Source: Amoebidium appalachense
Lineage: Eukaryota > Protista > Ichthyosporea
DNA: 64,000 nucleotides
Assembly: GCA_963693365.1 (NCBI GenBank)
Contig: CAVNZM010000013.1
Span: forward strand, 8,680,940-8,744,939
Reading direction: 5' to 3'
The notes beneath the pieces are model-generated. The model was not told the origin of the DNA, ran no database searches, and saw only the letters and a list, made by a program, of their open reading frames with translations. The position numbers and the translations under genes are program-made. Below are positions 51,402 to 64,000 of this stretch, piece after piece. Position 1 is the first letter of the stretch. Each line of letters starts with the position of its first letter.

Positions 51402-52359
51402 ATGAAGTTGCTGGGTCTGTTGTCGGGGCTGGGCCTTGCCCTGTGCATATCAAGGTATGGCCCTGTTCCAGTTTTGTGCAGTTTGTTTGCCAAGTTTATA
51501 AAAAAATTCTCTGCCAAATCAACTACTCACACACACCAAATATACAAAACACACACACTGTCGCACACACCACCTCCCCGGACCCCCCTCTCCCCCCTAT
51601 ATCCTGCTCTCCCACACACCGGCTTTCCTCCCTGGGTCCCTTCGTGTACATCGCGGTGGAAATTTGGCCAGGGGTGCAGGCGCAGTAGACAATGTGAGCA
51701 CTCGCACCCTCTGTATGTTTGCCTCGTGTGTGTGTGTGCGCGCGGTTTGCCCATGGATGCATGTCTCTGTGTGTGTGCGTTTTGTGCCTGTGTGTTGGTT
51801 ACACTAAAACCACAATAGCTTCAAGTACGACTCAGTAAAGGTGTGCGTGCGCTACGGAATTCATAAACTGGTGACGAGCTAATGTACGAGCACACACATA
51901 CACTTCCGTGGCAGATGCATGTATCTGGTTTTGTGTGCATGCCCAGATTTTGCAGGGATTCAGGGCAAGACCCTGCATACAAAAATTTATGTATTTTGGG
52001 GGGCAATTCCAATCTTTGCCTTGGATTAGAGTAGGTCGTGCTACGGGGTATTCCGGCTTTCAATCCACATCGGATATTTATTTGGTGTTTTTGTGGTCTA
52101 GCAAGGCGTTGCACTCTGCACACACCTTTTTTTATTTATAAAAATACTGCCTTTGTGTGTGAAGCTTTTAGACGACATCAAGTGCTAACGGTGTTCCTTT
52201 ACATGCAGGGCCCACGGGTTGGGTCTTGGGCCGTGGGAGAGCAACGGGGCTGTGCGATTGGACAGCCAGGGTGAGGGGGAGCCAATCAGCGAGCTGGATC
52301 TGGACAACAAGAAGGACCTCAAGATTCACCCTGAGGCCATGCTCGGCAGATGGTGTGTT

Positions 52360-52396
<37 letters not shown>

Positions 52397-52590
52397 GTCA
52401 CCCACACACACGGAAAAGGGAAAATGTAACGGGAAAAATGAATAACCAGATAGGGATGATATTTAGTACGGAAAGAAAAGGAAAGAAAATTCACAAAGAA
52501 AGAAAGTGAAATGATCCGCTGAAAGCAAGGATCAAAACGGGGTGGTTGGGAATGGTGGTGGTGGTGGTGGTGTGTGTGTTTATATATATA

Positions 52591-52625
<35 letters not shown>

Positions 52626-53161
52626 TAGTATATATATATATATTCCCCCCCTTTCTTTGTATTCCTTCTCTCTTTTGTTTATTGGGGGGGGAGGGGGGGG
52701 CTGCAAGCCAATTTGAATTACGCACACACTATATCACACATGCCCAACAGGCACGGGGGTACACGGAACCTTGAGAGAAACGAAAAATGGCCGTTGCATC
52801 ACAAGTTCTCGCCAAAAAAAAAAAAAAAAGCAAACGAATCAGACTGTGCAATTACACGATGATATTCTAAATGCCGAGTTGACAAGGGTTTTAGAAACAA
52901 TTACACACGGGTTTGGAGAGGGGGGGGGGGGGGGGGGGGAAGGGGGGGGGGGGGGGGGAGGGGAGGGGGGGTTACTAAGAGGTATTGTGTCCATTTGCGA
53001 CATCTGAGGCCGATTGGTTACATTCTGCAAGTGGGTAGCTCACAGACTGTGTGCAGGCTGCAGGTGTACAGCAACCGGCTGACGGATGTGTTGATGATGG
53101 CTGAGGATGCACGCTGCAGCACCATGGACAGTAAGCAGAATACCCCCCCCCCCCCCCCCCC

Positions 53162-53199
<38 letters not shown>

Positions 53200-53449
53200 C
53201 ACACAAAAAAAAACCTTTTTAAAAAATAAAAACAACTACTTGAATATGATACTCTCATCCACACATGCATGTAAAGGACAACACGCGCAATCACAACGGG
53301 TACACAAATGAACAATATGGAGAGCTTTGAAAGAGAAAAACGGAAGGGGGGTGGGAGAATGGGTGAGGGGAGGGGCAGCCAACACACGCACCCATATATC
53401 CCCTCGCCCCCACCCCTTTCCCCATCTTATCATCCCCTTCAACATAACC

Positions 53450-53480
<31 letters not shown>

Positions 53481-54124
53481 AGTGTACATGGGGCCGGAAG
53501 GCAGCATGCAGCTGATTGAGTCCTTCCAAAGCAACGACACAGACGCATCCGTCCTCCAGGTACCTTGCCCCCTCCCCCCAGATTCTTTAGACAGTCTCCC
53601 ATTGTAAAAGACACACACATACACCCAACTACACCTGCGTCTTTTTTTTTTTTTTTTTTAGCATGCTCTCCTGATTCACCCCATTACCTAGATCACCTTC
53701 TCATCGGACCACTATTATCTGGCTTACTCCAATCCGTTTCTTTGTCTGGACCCCCCCCCCCACCCTTTTCTGCCCCCCATCTACGCTTTCCCACGCTTTC
53801 CCACTCAGAAAGTTGAGTTGAAAATATACTCTGGGCCCGTAACACTCAAAAAAAATTCCTTTTCTCCCCTTTCTTCCTCCCCCCCTTCCTCCCGCCTTTC
53901 CTCCCACCTCACCACCTAACCCCCATGCCACCCGCCCACCCCCTTGCAGGCACCAGCCACATTCACTGCCCTGATGGTGCCGACCAATCAGGCCCTCACC
54001 AAGTGGGACTTTATGATGCCCGACCTGGTCTCCGTCCCATCCCGCCGCCAGCACAAGCACCATGCAAACTGTATACCCCCCCCCCCCCCCAAAAAAAAAA
54101 AAAAGGAAAGACTGTCCCCTCCCC

Positions 54125-54155
<31 letters not shown>

Positions 54156-55659
54156 AAAAAAAAAAAGGGAAAAATATCACCCACAAGCACTCTGCCAGGA
54201 TGTCCCCCCCCCCCAACCCCCTCTTTTTTTCGCTTAAAATGGAGCCTGGTCCACCTTCCTCTTTGGCTTAATTGCCCACTAGCCCCCATGTGCCAAGAAA
54301 CATGTATCCCCCCCCTCCCCCCCTCGCAGTTGAGATCCTTGCAGCTCATTGCTAGCCGGTCTATCCACCCACCAGCCCATGAAAAAAACCCATTTGCCCA
54401 GAATACATGCATCCTTTCCCTACACTGCCACTAACCCCTTTCCCCCTGCAGTCGAGCTTCTTGCAGCCTACCCGCGCAATGCCGCCAAGCAGTACGACTT
54501 CCTTGTGTTCACCGACACAAACCGCCTGTCGCTGTTTGTGTATGCACGCAACCTCACAGAGTTCACAAAGAAGTACGACAGGCATGTAAGTTAAAAAACC
54601 CCTCCCCCTGCCCTTCAAACACACACCTAAGCCCACTGTTCAGCCCTCCCCTTACCTCCTCCACCCCGCTCCTATCTCTTGCGCCTTTTTTTTACTTAGT
54701 CTTCTACCTAGGACTCGCTTTTTAATCTCTGGCACACCGACCCTTTTTTTTGTACGAGTCCGACACGAGAGAACCCAAATGCGCATTTCGCCCTCTTATT
54801 TTCTATCTAGCCATGTCTATGTATGTATGACTTCCAGACTCTTGCTTTTACGTCTTCTTTTCGCACATTCTTGTCGATGCCCCCCGACTCACCCAATCAC
54901 CCCCCTCCACACCCACGTTCTCGTGCATGCACGTGCACGCACACACACACACACACCAATGCCCCGCCCCACCCCCCACCCCCCTGCCTCCCTCCTGCCC
55001 CCCTCCCCCCGTCCCCTTACACACTCATACAGGTGAGGCGTTGGCTTGAGAAGACACATGGGTTTGACAGCCGCATGACGATGCCCATGCACACCAACCA
55101 CAGCAACTGCAACTACAGACCACTGCTGCCCCCCACCGTGCCAGAGTTCGACCTGCCCACTTACAGCGGCAGGTACTTCCAGGTATATTGCAACCCGTCC
55201 CCCTATTCTTCCCCTCCCCCCCCCCCCCTCCCCCCCCCCCGCTTTTCTTCTCCCCCCCATCCACCCCCCCCGGTATCACTCCTTCTCCTCGGTTGACATT
55301 TTTCACAGTTCTTTCTTCCCTTCCATGCTGCCGCATCTCATCCGTTAACAGAAAAATGAAGTCTTTTCTCTCAATGTCTCCCCCCTAAACACTTTTGTTG
55401 TTCATTGTTCACGTCTGAACACACACCATACTCTTAGAATCGCATGCCGCATCACCCCTTTCCATCTACCCCATCACCCATCCTCAGCTATCACGTCCTA
55501 TGGTACCTTGCAAATCCCCCCCCCCCCCCCCCCCCCCCCCTTCTCTGATCCCGACACCTGACCCCCTTACCCCCCAGATGTACCACAATGCCTTTGTTGA
55601 GATGTTCTTCCGTTTTGACTTCGACGCAAACTGCAGTACCGTGGACTGTATGAAACCAC

Positions 55660-55705
<46 letters not shown>

Positions 55706-56108
55706 AAAAAAAAAAAAGAAAACGAAAAAAGCGCCTTTTTAAAACTTTTACCAACCCAGTAATTTACGCAACCATTCTCTTGCTATGAACGTGTTGCTTT
55801 GTGGGTCTCTACTAACAACCTTCTTGTTTACCTCTGCACCTTTCCCTCGTAAACCCTCTTCTACTGCTGCCGATATTTACATTACACATTATAATCCTCT
55901 CCCTTGGCCAGATATACACACTAGCTGTTTAATATGATGACGGGTTGGTGCAATTAGTCACTTCTATACCAACTGGATAATGGTTTGCCCATATAAGGCA
56001 ATGAATGAGCGTTTCTGATTGGTGGGTGCAGACATTATGCCCAAGGACTTCAACAAGTCAAGGTACCTGTCGGTCATCCACCACGGCACAGAGATAAAAA
56101 ACGGTACC

Positions 56109-56142
<34 letters not shown>

Positions 56143-56146
56143 TTCC

Positions 56147-56177
<31 letters not shown>

Positions 56178-58152
56178 AAAAAACACTTGCACACCCTCTG
56201 TCCTGTTTTGTGCCCGCTCATCCCATTCCCGTCTCCCTACCTCCGTGCCCCTCTCCAACCTGCTTTGCATAGTCTGAGACTCCTTGCCCCCTTGCATATT
56301 ACCCCTTCCCCTTTGCCATCACCCTAACCCCATGCACACTGCTACCAAATTCCCCCCCGCCTAACCCCCCTGTTCCCTGCAGCGACTATCCGGCACGAGG
56401 CCAGTGGGCGACTTGAGCAGCTGGACAGCAAGGTGCCCGGCCAAATGCAGCTGACAAAGGGCTACCTGCCCGGCTCAAACTGTACGCACACCCTATGCTC
56501 TCTTGGCTGCTATTTTTCTATGTGAACATCCGTAGAATACCTCCCTCCCGTCCTTGGTCTTTTCCAGTACAGACTCGTTACCAAAGGAAGGTGGGATAAA
56601 TGAGGGCGCGGGAGGGGGGGGGGGGGAGAGGGGGGAGTGTTGTTGGCCCTTTTTCTTGCGACCAGGTAGGTTCTGTTTATTCTTACGCTACCTGCTCAGT
56701 TTACCTTTGCATCACCTTGTTCACACCAATACTAACCTTTCCACATAGCATACCCATCCGAGCACCCCCCCCCCCCCCCCCCTCCCTCCCCCCCTCCCCC
56801 CTCCCCCCTAGCCCTACCTCATTCCCTCTGCCCCCCTTCCAAATACCACCGCCACTTCGCAGCACACACATATACATCCACGCGCGCGCACACACACACA
56901 CACACACTTACAGTTTGGGTGATCAAGACGGGGCCAGTCAACGAAACAACCAAGCGGGTAAGTTAGACCCCTCCCCCCCGCCCCCCCCTTTCATCGCTCT
57001 GTGCCGCCTACTATGACCTGACCAGTTTCGAGTTCTTGGTGCATTTTTGCGCTTAAAACAGTCTTTCTGGTAACCTCAAGCAAAGAGCACAGGCATTTTG
57101 GCTCCCCCCCCCCCCCCAAAAAAAAAGAAAAAAAAACCACCCACCCCTCTACCCACCCAATCTTCCCTATTTCAGTGACAGCCTGCCCAAAGTCACATGT
57201 CTCCTGGCCCGTTGTACCACATATCTTGCATGTCCATGTTTTGGGCACTCATGATCAGCCCCCCACACCTAAGGCCCACGTTACCAGCCAATCCTGACAC
57301 TCTCCTGGCCCGTTGTACCACATATCTTGCATGTCCATGTTTTGGGCACTCATGATCAGCCCCCCACACCTAAGGCCCACGTTACCAGCCAATCCTGACA
57401 CTCCGTTAAATTTTTATGCAGTACGACTATGCCATCATCACGGACCCCCTGCGCCTGTCTCTCCTCGTCTTTGCCCAGGACGTGCAGAGCTTTGAGAACT
57501 ACCGTGCTGAGGTATGATTGCGACTAACCCCCCCCCCCCCCCCCCCCCCCCCCGGGGCAATTTCCCTGGGCCGGGTGGTACTACCCACCCCCCTCGCCCC
57601 CCCCTTCCTCCGAGGGGTCTAGATCACCTTGCCTCTCTGGAGTCTTTAAATCGATGTTCCTAGATCTGCTGTCTTGCCTCCCCCCCCCCCCCCTTCAGCC
57701 ACCCCCAGTCACGTTGACCAGGGGGCACCAGCACACACCCAACCACACAGACACACAGGGCTTCTCCAGTCTATGGCTACAACACAGAGCACACGTGTTA
57801 ATCATCACCACGCGACTGATATCTCCACTGTGAAAAATTGCAAAACTCGACCTTTTTTAGGGCAACTTTGCCCCCCCCCCCCCCCCCCCCCTCCCCCCTT
57901 TGGGGCCCAAATCCCCACTAGCACTGTGCGCTATTGATCCGTTGCACCTGCAATCTTGCTAAACTTACAAATGTCTCCCCCCCCCAGGTGGACCAGGTGC
58001 TGCAGGAGCAAGGCTTCACCATGTGGTTCAACAAGCCAATCAGGGTCGATCATACCACGTGCACATACCCGGAGGTGCCCCCCCACTTCCAGCCAGAGCA
58101 AATGGACCCCAGTGTGAAGACCACCTTCCGCCACGCTAACCTTATATGGTAG
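51402..58152 (+). CDS. Secreted tandem two-domain lipocalin (ApoD/Blc-like), paralog B; 13 exons
   Basis: MKLLGLLSGLGLALCIS...IHPEAMLGRWLQVY...QYDFLVFTDTNRLSLFVYARN...GFD...CNY; PTVPEFDLPTYSGRYFQMY...WVIKTGP...YDYAIITDPLRLSLLVFAQD...GFTMWFNKP...CTY...LIW*. Exons ~51402-51454, 52209-52352, 53057-53130, 53483-53560, 53950-54070, 54451-54585, 55033-55182, 55578-55647, 56032-56104, 56382-56481, 56914-56957, 57422-57511, 57988-58152. Confidence 0.82.
57200..57403. repeat. Near-perfect 101-bp tandem duplication in an intron
   Basis: tctcctggcccgttgtaccac...ccaatcctgacac occurs at 57200 and again at 57301. Confidence 0.92.
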
Positions 58153-58444
58153 AAAAGCGTGTTGTGTGATTGGACTGTCGCCAGTCTGTTTTTTGCCCTT
58201 ATTTGGTATGGCACCGTGCTTGATGATTGGTTGGCTGCAACGTGATGTGTGCATAGTCGGGTGTCTTTTTTACGGAATAGAACAGTGATGGTGTTTCGGG
58301 TTATGTGTGCAGGGATTGCTGGGGTTGTTGCCTTTTTTGGGAGGTGGTGCACCGTGTGCATGCTATGTGACCAGACACACCCACCTGGTGTGGGTTCAAA
58401 TGTATCCCCTGATGTATCCCGATCAACAGGCTCACCGTGTGCAA

Positions 58445-58475
<31 letters not shown>

Positions 58476-58695
58476 CCTCTCCCCTTTTCTCTCTCTCTTG
58501 TGCCCTGAACAATCGGCTCACCGCGTGCATTCGATTCATGCACCTCCCCCCCCCCCCCCCCTCCCCCTCTCCCCCTCCTTTCCCCCCCCCCCCCCCCCCT
58601 CCCCCCCATCACCACGACCACCACTTCCTGCCGCCTATTTTTGTAATCCGAGTACCACCGGCACACTCTGGATCCCAGCCTGGCTCTGCTGTGAT

Positions 58696-58815
58696 AAAAA
58701 TAGCATCCACATGCATGTGTGTGCTAAAAATAGCATCCACATGCATGTGTGTGCTAAAAATAGCATCCACATGCATGTGTGTGCAAAAAATAGCATCCAC
58801 ATGCATGTGTGTGCA
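58696..58815. repeat. Minisatellite, 30-bp unit aaaaatagcatccacatgcatgtgtgtgct x4
   Basis: Directly visible; intergenic between convergent genes. Confidence 0.93.
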
Positions 58816-59390
58816 CACACTGTACGTGGACGGTGGCGTATGTGGCCAGAGCCATCCGTGTGGGTGGGTGTGCATGCAAGTAGTGAGTGCGCATGTGTCT
58901 TTGGTGTCCGTGGGTGCGGGGAGGGGTGGATATGGTGCCAAAACTTTGTGAGGGTCATATGAGCATGCGGGTGCTGTGAGGGAGGGGGGTGTCAGGGGGG
59001 AAGAGGGAGAGAGTGTGTGTGTGACAGAGGGATCTCGAGGAGAGAGAGAGAGAGAAATTGAGAAATCTAGCAGGGGCAGGGACGGGGGGGGGGGGGGGGG
59101 GGAGAGAGGCCCGGTGCATGTTGTTGGGGGAAAGGGGGGGGGGGGGGGGGAGGAGAGAGAGGACATTGGCGGTGGGTGGGACTGTTTATTACGAGGCTCA
59201 CGGTTTGGGTGAGATCTTGATGGCTTGCCATTGGCTAAATTTAAACATACAAACTGGGCATAGGCCACATGTCAAGCAACACCGATCAAGCAGTCACATC
59301 CAAGTTAACATTTATCACCACACCGAACTACTATATACACAACATTTCAGCCTACATTCACTAATGTTTCATCGATATTATCATTCATGC

Positions 59391-61452
59391 CTAGTCGTCA
59401 CGATACACCAATTCGGTACACCTACCGCCCTCACACACACGCAACGCAAGTAACTCTGCAGCATCAGGGGAGCAACCCCTAGCAACATATACACGCACAC
59501 TGCCTTTTGATTGGACACATATTTGCACAGCCCGCCTCAATTTTCCAGCCATCCCCCCTGTCACATCATGTTCTAGGCCACTAGTCGTGTTGCAAGCATC
59601 CACACAAACCTCACCGCCAGCACCAACATAAATCTTGCTTATTGGATTTGAAGTGGTGCCAACTGATTGGCTAATTTGAGTGGGAGGTTGCATGATTTCC
59701 TTCACGGGAGGCGTTGAAAATATGCCATCCACGTCTGATAGAAAGATGGCTGCACTGGCATGCAGTCTCAGCGCAAGACGCTCCATTAGGACATCCCCAC
59801 TGTGGGCGTGTGTGTGTGTGTTGGTGTGTGTGTACGTGTGTATGTGTGTGTGCGAGCGTGTGTACCCGGGCATCCGCACGCCTTTGTGTGTGCCGTGCAT
59901 GTGCATTGCGCACGGATGGGTACATGCAAAAGTTCATGTGTATGCGCCTCTGTTTACACACCGTTTGCATGCATACACCATATGGAGCAAGAACTTGTTT
60001 TGTGTGTGTGCACATAGTAATCAATGGTTAGTCAGCGTTTATGCGTCCCGGTGTTTTCATGTGTGCCTGTGTGTAGATTTGTGTACATGTGTACATGTGT
60101 GGGCGTGGGTATGTGTGTGAATACATGTGTGTCCGTGTGTAAGTGTGTGTGCATGTCTTGAGGCAAGACTATGCATCTGCGTTCCACAATGTGGGTGCAT
60201 GCGAGATGTGGGTGGTGGTGATGATGGCGTGTGTGTGTGTGTGTGTGTGTGTGTTTGGGGGGGGGGGGGGGCTAACACGTGTTTGACAATACGACACACA
60301 CAACATGCACATATGCACTATGTATATAGGGGAGAATATGCATGCACCTGAGTACGGCCCATGTCTGGGTGGTGTCCTGCGTCACATCACCGTGCAGCAC
60401 GGGGGTAAACCTGTGGTCGTGGGTCAGCGCATGCACTGTGGTACATGTGTTCTATGCTTAGAACACAGGGCATGCACACTGGAACATGTGTTCTATGCTT
60501 GGAACACGGGGCATGCACACTGGAACATAAGCTCTATTCGTGGAACACGGGGCATGCACACTGGAACATAAGCTCTATATCTGGAACACAGGGCACACAA
60601 AGTGGAACATATGTTCCATACTTGAAGCACAACATGCACGCTGCACACCAACTTCCCCACACCGCAGGGCACGCACATGAGAACCTAACTTCTCCTCACA
60701 GGTGACATGGGCCATTGTAATGCACTCTGCAGGGCACACGCACCGTGCCGTCTTATGTAATAACAATAATAATTACTATAAGTATTATTTTCTACTGGGC
60801 CCAGCATGCAGACACCAAGCACGTGTGCAAGCTATTGCTGCAGTGTGGCCACGCACCCAGCCAGCAGCAATGCCTGCACGTGGGCCACCACCCTGTCCTC
60901 CACCTGCCCTGCAAACCTGCTGCCCCCATGGCTCGTGGCCCACCCACAGGCAAGCGCTGACACCCCAAGTGCATGGATTGGTCGCCCCACTGCCGGTTGC
61001 CTTATTTAGAAAATGGAAGGTGACCCATGCACAAGTGTGCTCTCAAACGGTCCAATCAACATATGACACTCTCATGGGATAGGCAGCCACCCGGGGGGGA
61101 GGGTTGTGCCATTACAGGGTCTTGTTCCATGTGGGTGTCAACGCGCATGAATTTACTGGGTATGTTCTATGTATCCAAAGATACACCGTGCATGCGTTTT
61201 ATACATGTCACAGCTGGTGGACATAAGATAAAGCAGCCAAGCACCATGCACTCCATATGCCAACACAGCAGGGGGACATGAGGTAACACCCTTCCCCCCT
61301 CCCCCCCTCCCCCAAACACACACCCACCGTTTCTGCCCTCAGCCATCAGCACCTCCACGACCTGTGCATTGAGTTTGACCACACTGCAGTGCGTCACGGC
61401 TGCACCCTCACAGCCGCCCTGCCCATGTGCCGTGCCATACTGCCTGGCCTGT

Positions 61453-61483
<31 letters not shown>

Positions 61484-62864
61484 GGGGGGGGGGGAGGGGA
61501 GGGGGAAGGGGCAGGGGGGGAAGGGGGGAGGGGGGAAAAGGGAAGGATGGGGGGGGGGGGGTAGAAGAGGCACGAGGGTGATAGGAGGAGGACGGTGACT
61601 CGACAGATACGTTGATACAGTGTACATGTGTGTGTCCGGAAGAAAGGGAAGGGAAGGGAGAGGGGCCGAAGAGAGTGTGAAAGGTAGGGAGAGAACCCAG
61701 GTTCAGTGGTTGGGTGATCTAAATGACGAATGGCTGCTTTGAGTTTGTGTTGCATATTTGAATATGGTTAAGTGGGTGGGTGGCGCAGGGAAAAGGGGGC
61801 AAGGGGGAGGGGGGAGGGGGGGAGGGGGGTCAAGGAAATGGTGGTGGGGAAAGTGACTGAATGGGGAGAGGAGGAGGAGAGAGAGGAGGGTGAGTTGTTG
61901 GGGGGGGCAAGAGGAGGAATCTCAGCAGCTAATAGAAATATGAGTGCAACACAAACCACCTGTAAATACGGTGCACACAAGCACATGTGCAAAAACAGGT
62001 ACGTTCGTGTTAATGCAGACAGGCACACATGGGGCTACACACACACACCACACAAAAACACACATAAATCCCCCCCCCCCCCCCCCTCCCCCTTCCCCTC
62101 GCCCCCCAACACACTACCTGGAAGTGGCCAAAGGAGCCCGCCCCGTGGACCAGCACATAGTCTATGTGGGGGCTCTCCTTCATGCACAGCACAAGCTGCC
62201 GGCACACCGCTACCAGCCCCTCCTCATTCAGTGTCTCAAACCGTGTCTTGTCCGTAATGCACGATCCCCCTGGGGTATAGCCCCGGGGGGGGAGGGGGGA
62301 GGGGGGGGAGGGGGCAAAGGTCAAACTAGATATCAGAAATTTTACTGCTGCACAAAAAATGGTGATGCGTAAGGGTGGGTGGTTGGGTCGGCTAGGAGAA
62401 CGAGTCAATTTTGTGTGGGTCACGGGTAGGTGGTGGTAGTGGGGGGAGGCGGGAAAGAAGGAAAAGAGAACGAGACAAAAAAAGAACTGTGAGGGGTGGT
62501 CACTCAACGCAGCGCGGGGGCGGGGGGGGGGGGGGGGGGGTTGGCATTGCTTGTGTGTGTGGAGGGGGAGGAGGGGGGAGGGGAGGGGAAGGGGCAAATT
62601 AGGAATAATTTGCTCTGCTTGCGCGACGGATAGTTCTGTCTGTGATCTTGAAGAACAAAAACAAGCGTCACTGAATTGACATTGAATAACTTGCAGTTGC
62701 AAGGCTTCCCCCCCCCCCCCCCCCTCCCCCTTTCCCCCTCCCCCTCCCCCCTCCCCCCTCCCCCCGTCCCTGCAGACCATTGCAACACGTCGTAAGAGAG
62801 TCTACCCTATGGTTATCTGCCAGGTGCTCTTACCGAGTTTGACCAGCACAACCTTTTTGGCCAT
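59391..62864 (-). CDS. IPK: Isopentenyl phosphate kinase (amino-acid-kinase superfamily); 6 exons
   Basis: Exons 62864-62834 (MAKKVVLVKL), ~62270-62118 (GGSCITDK...VLVHGAGSFGHFQ), ~61447-61338 (ARQYG...LNAQVVEVL), ~61000-60858, ~60410-60348 (FTPVLHGDV...AVL), ~59800-59391 (SGDVLM...FLSDVDGIFSTPP...DVTGGMAGKL). KLGGS, HGAGSFGH (IPK-specific His), PVLHGD, LSGD and DVTGGM are the IPK signatures. Confidence 0.9.
60445..60620. repeat. Degenerate ~41-bp minisatellite (ggaacacggggcatgcacactggaacat...)
   Basis: ~4 imperfect copies in an IPK intron. Confidence 0.8.
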
Positions 62865-64000
62865 CCCACAAAATGTCCACTCCTCTATCGGATTCTTGCT
62901 TCACAGGTCATCTCCTTGCAAATGGATATGTGGGCGTGTGCGTTCTCCCTTTCAAGCAACTAAAAAACAAGATCTTCAGGCGAAGGACGCAAATAACGAG
63001 AGCAACGCTAACATGGTGTTAATAAGTGCCACATGCGATTATAAACTTGAGGGTATCTTCAGTGTGCATTCATTTATTTCCTGGGTACAGTGTAGGAAAC
63101 CCATCAAGAGCTATCACCGTGAGTCAGAGGGATCCTGCCCCACGGGGAAAGCCACTCCACTAATAATAGCTGCCGTGACGGATCTGGGAGATCACGGAGC
63201 AGATCTGCAACCCCACCAGCTGCCCTGAATGAGAGATCCAGCCCAACGGGGCAAAAAATATCCCATAAACATATGCCAAAGGGTTTGAACGGAGGATCTA
63301 CCGTAATGCTAATAATAATAAAGAAATTTCATAACATGGCTAGCTGCCGGTTCTGTTGTTGCAACGGTTCTGTTGCCAAGCTGTCTGGGTACTAATTTTG
63401 GTCTCGAGCCACGAAACTGAGTTAAAGTAAATCCGACCAGTTGCGCAAACATGGCTCAGTCACCACCGTTCTCGGTGTTTGCTGGGGGCTCAAAGTCTTT
63501 TCACCCGCCTGTAAATTAGGGGTCGATAGTACGTCTTTAGCAGACGGCCGTAAAATGGCCTCAGTGATCAATTGATGTCGCCATCAAAGCGAAAGCTGCC
63601 TTGAAAACCGAGCTCGACGGACCGGTCGGAAACAGAGGAATTAGTGGTAGGGGTGAAAGAGAAGGAGGGAAGTTCTGCTGAAAAGCTTTCTTGTAGATTG
63701 TGAGCAAGCAACGAGAGTTTTCATAGTACTCAGACACAGCCACATTCCCGCTGTTTGTGTTGCCATGCTCCGTTTCCCCGTTGTGCATGACCAAACAAAA
63801 GCCCCGGTAACAGAAGGGCCTTGTTGAGACCTTTCAGAGAACAGCAGCACTTGCGAGCCTGGTGGGCCGTTGACATAGCCACGCAGCAGCCATCATGGCC
63901 CTCACCGTAGAGGACTTTTCTCGGCTGCAGGTACCACCCCTGTTGCCTCTGCGCTAAGAAACTCTTCCTGGCTTGCTGGTGGTTCACTTGCCCCAGGCTT

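Noticed and set aside
58696-58815. CRISPR-like array (also 13675, 17297, 24919, 60445)
   Set aside because: Head-to-tail repeats with no unique spacers and no cas genes, in a eukaryotic context; these are minisatellites.

Overview
Eukaryotic nuclear DNA: intron-dense with GT-AG spliceosomal introns and saturated with poly-G/poly-C, poly-A and (CA)n/(GA)n tracts. The animal/fungal-type ABAT and RBM5 suggest a unicellular opisthokont (inference). Nearly all ORFs in the supplied track are microsatellite artefacts, so I rebuilt the genes by hand from exons. In order: a Q-rich gene start running off the left edge (-), 4-aminobutyrate aminotransferase (-), an RBM5/RBM10-like splicing factor (-), a frameshifted Pro-rich gene (-), an intronless cytochrome b561-domain gene (-), a secreted FN3-repeat gene (-), a LINE-like 3' remnant, a head-to-head pair of paralogous secreted double-lipocalin genes, and isopentenyl phosphate kinase (-). 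The most unusual signal is a family of 6 intronic insertions in 3 sequence variants. They all end in the same ...CGCATT(C/T)(A/T)AA terminus fused to a poly-C tract and are variably truncated at the other end. The longer copies carry a ~160-nt RNA fold with compensatory changes and a covarying pseudoknot. This is the pattern expected of a poly-C-targeted retroelement. Exon boundaries were read by eye and are approximate where marked ~.
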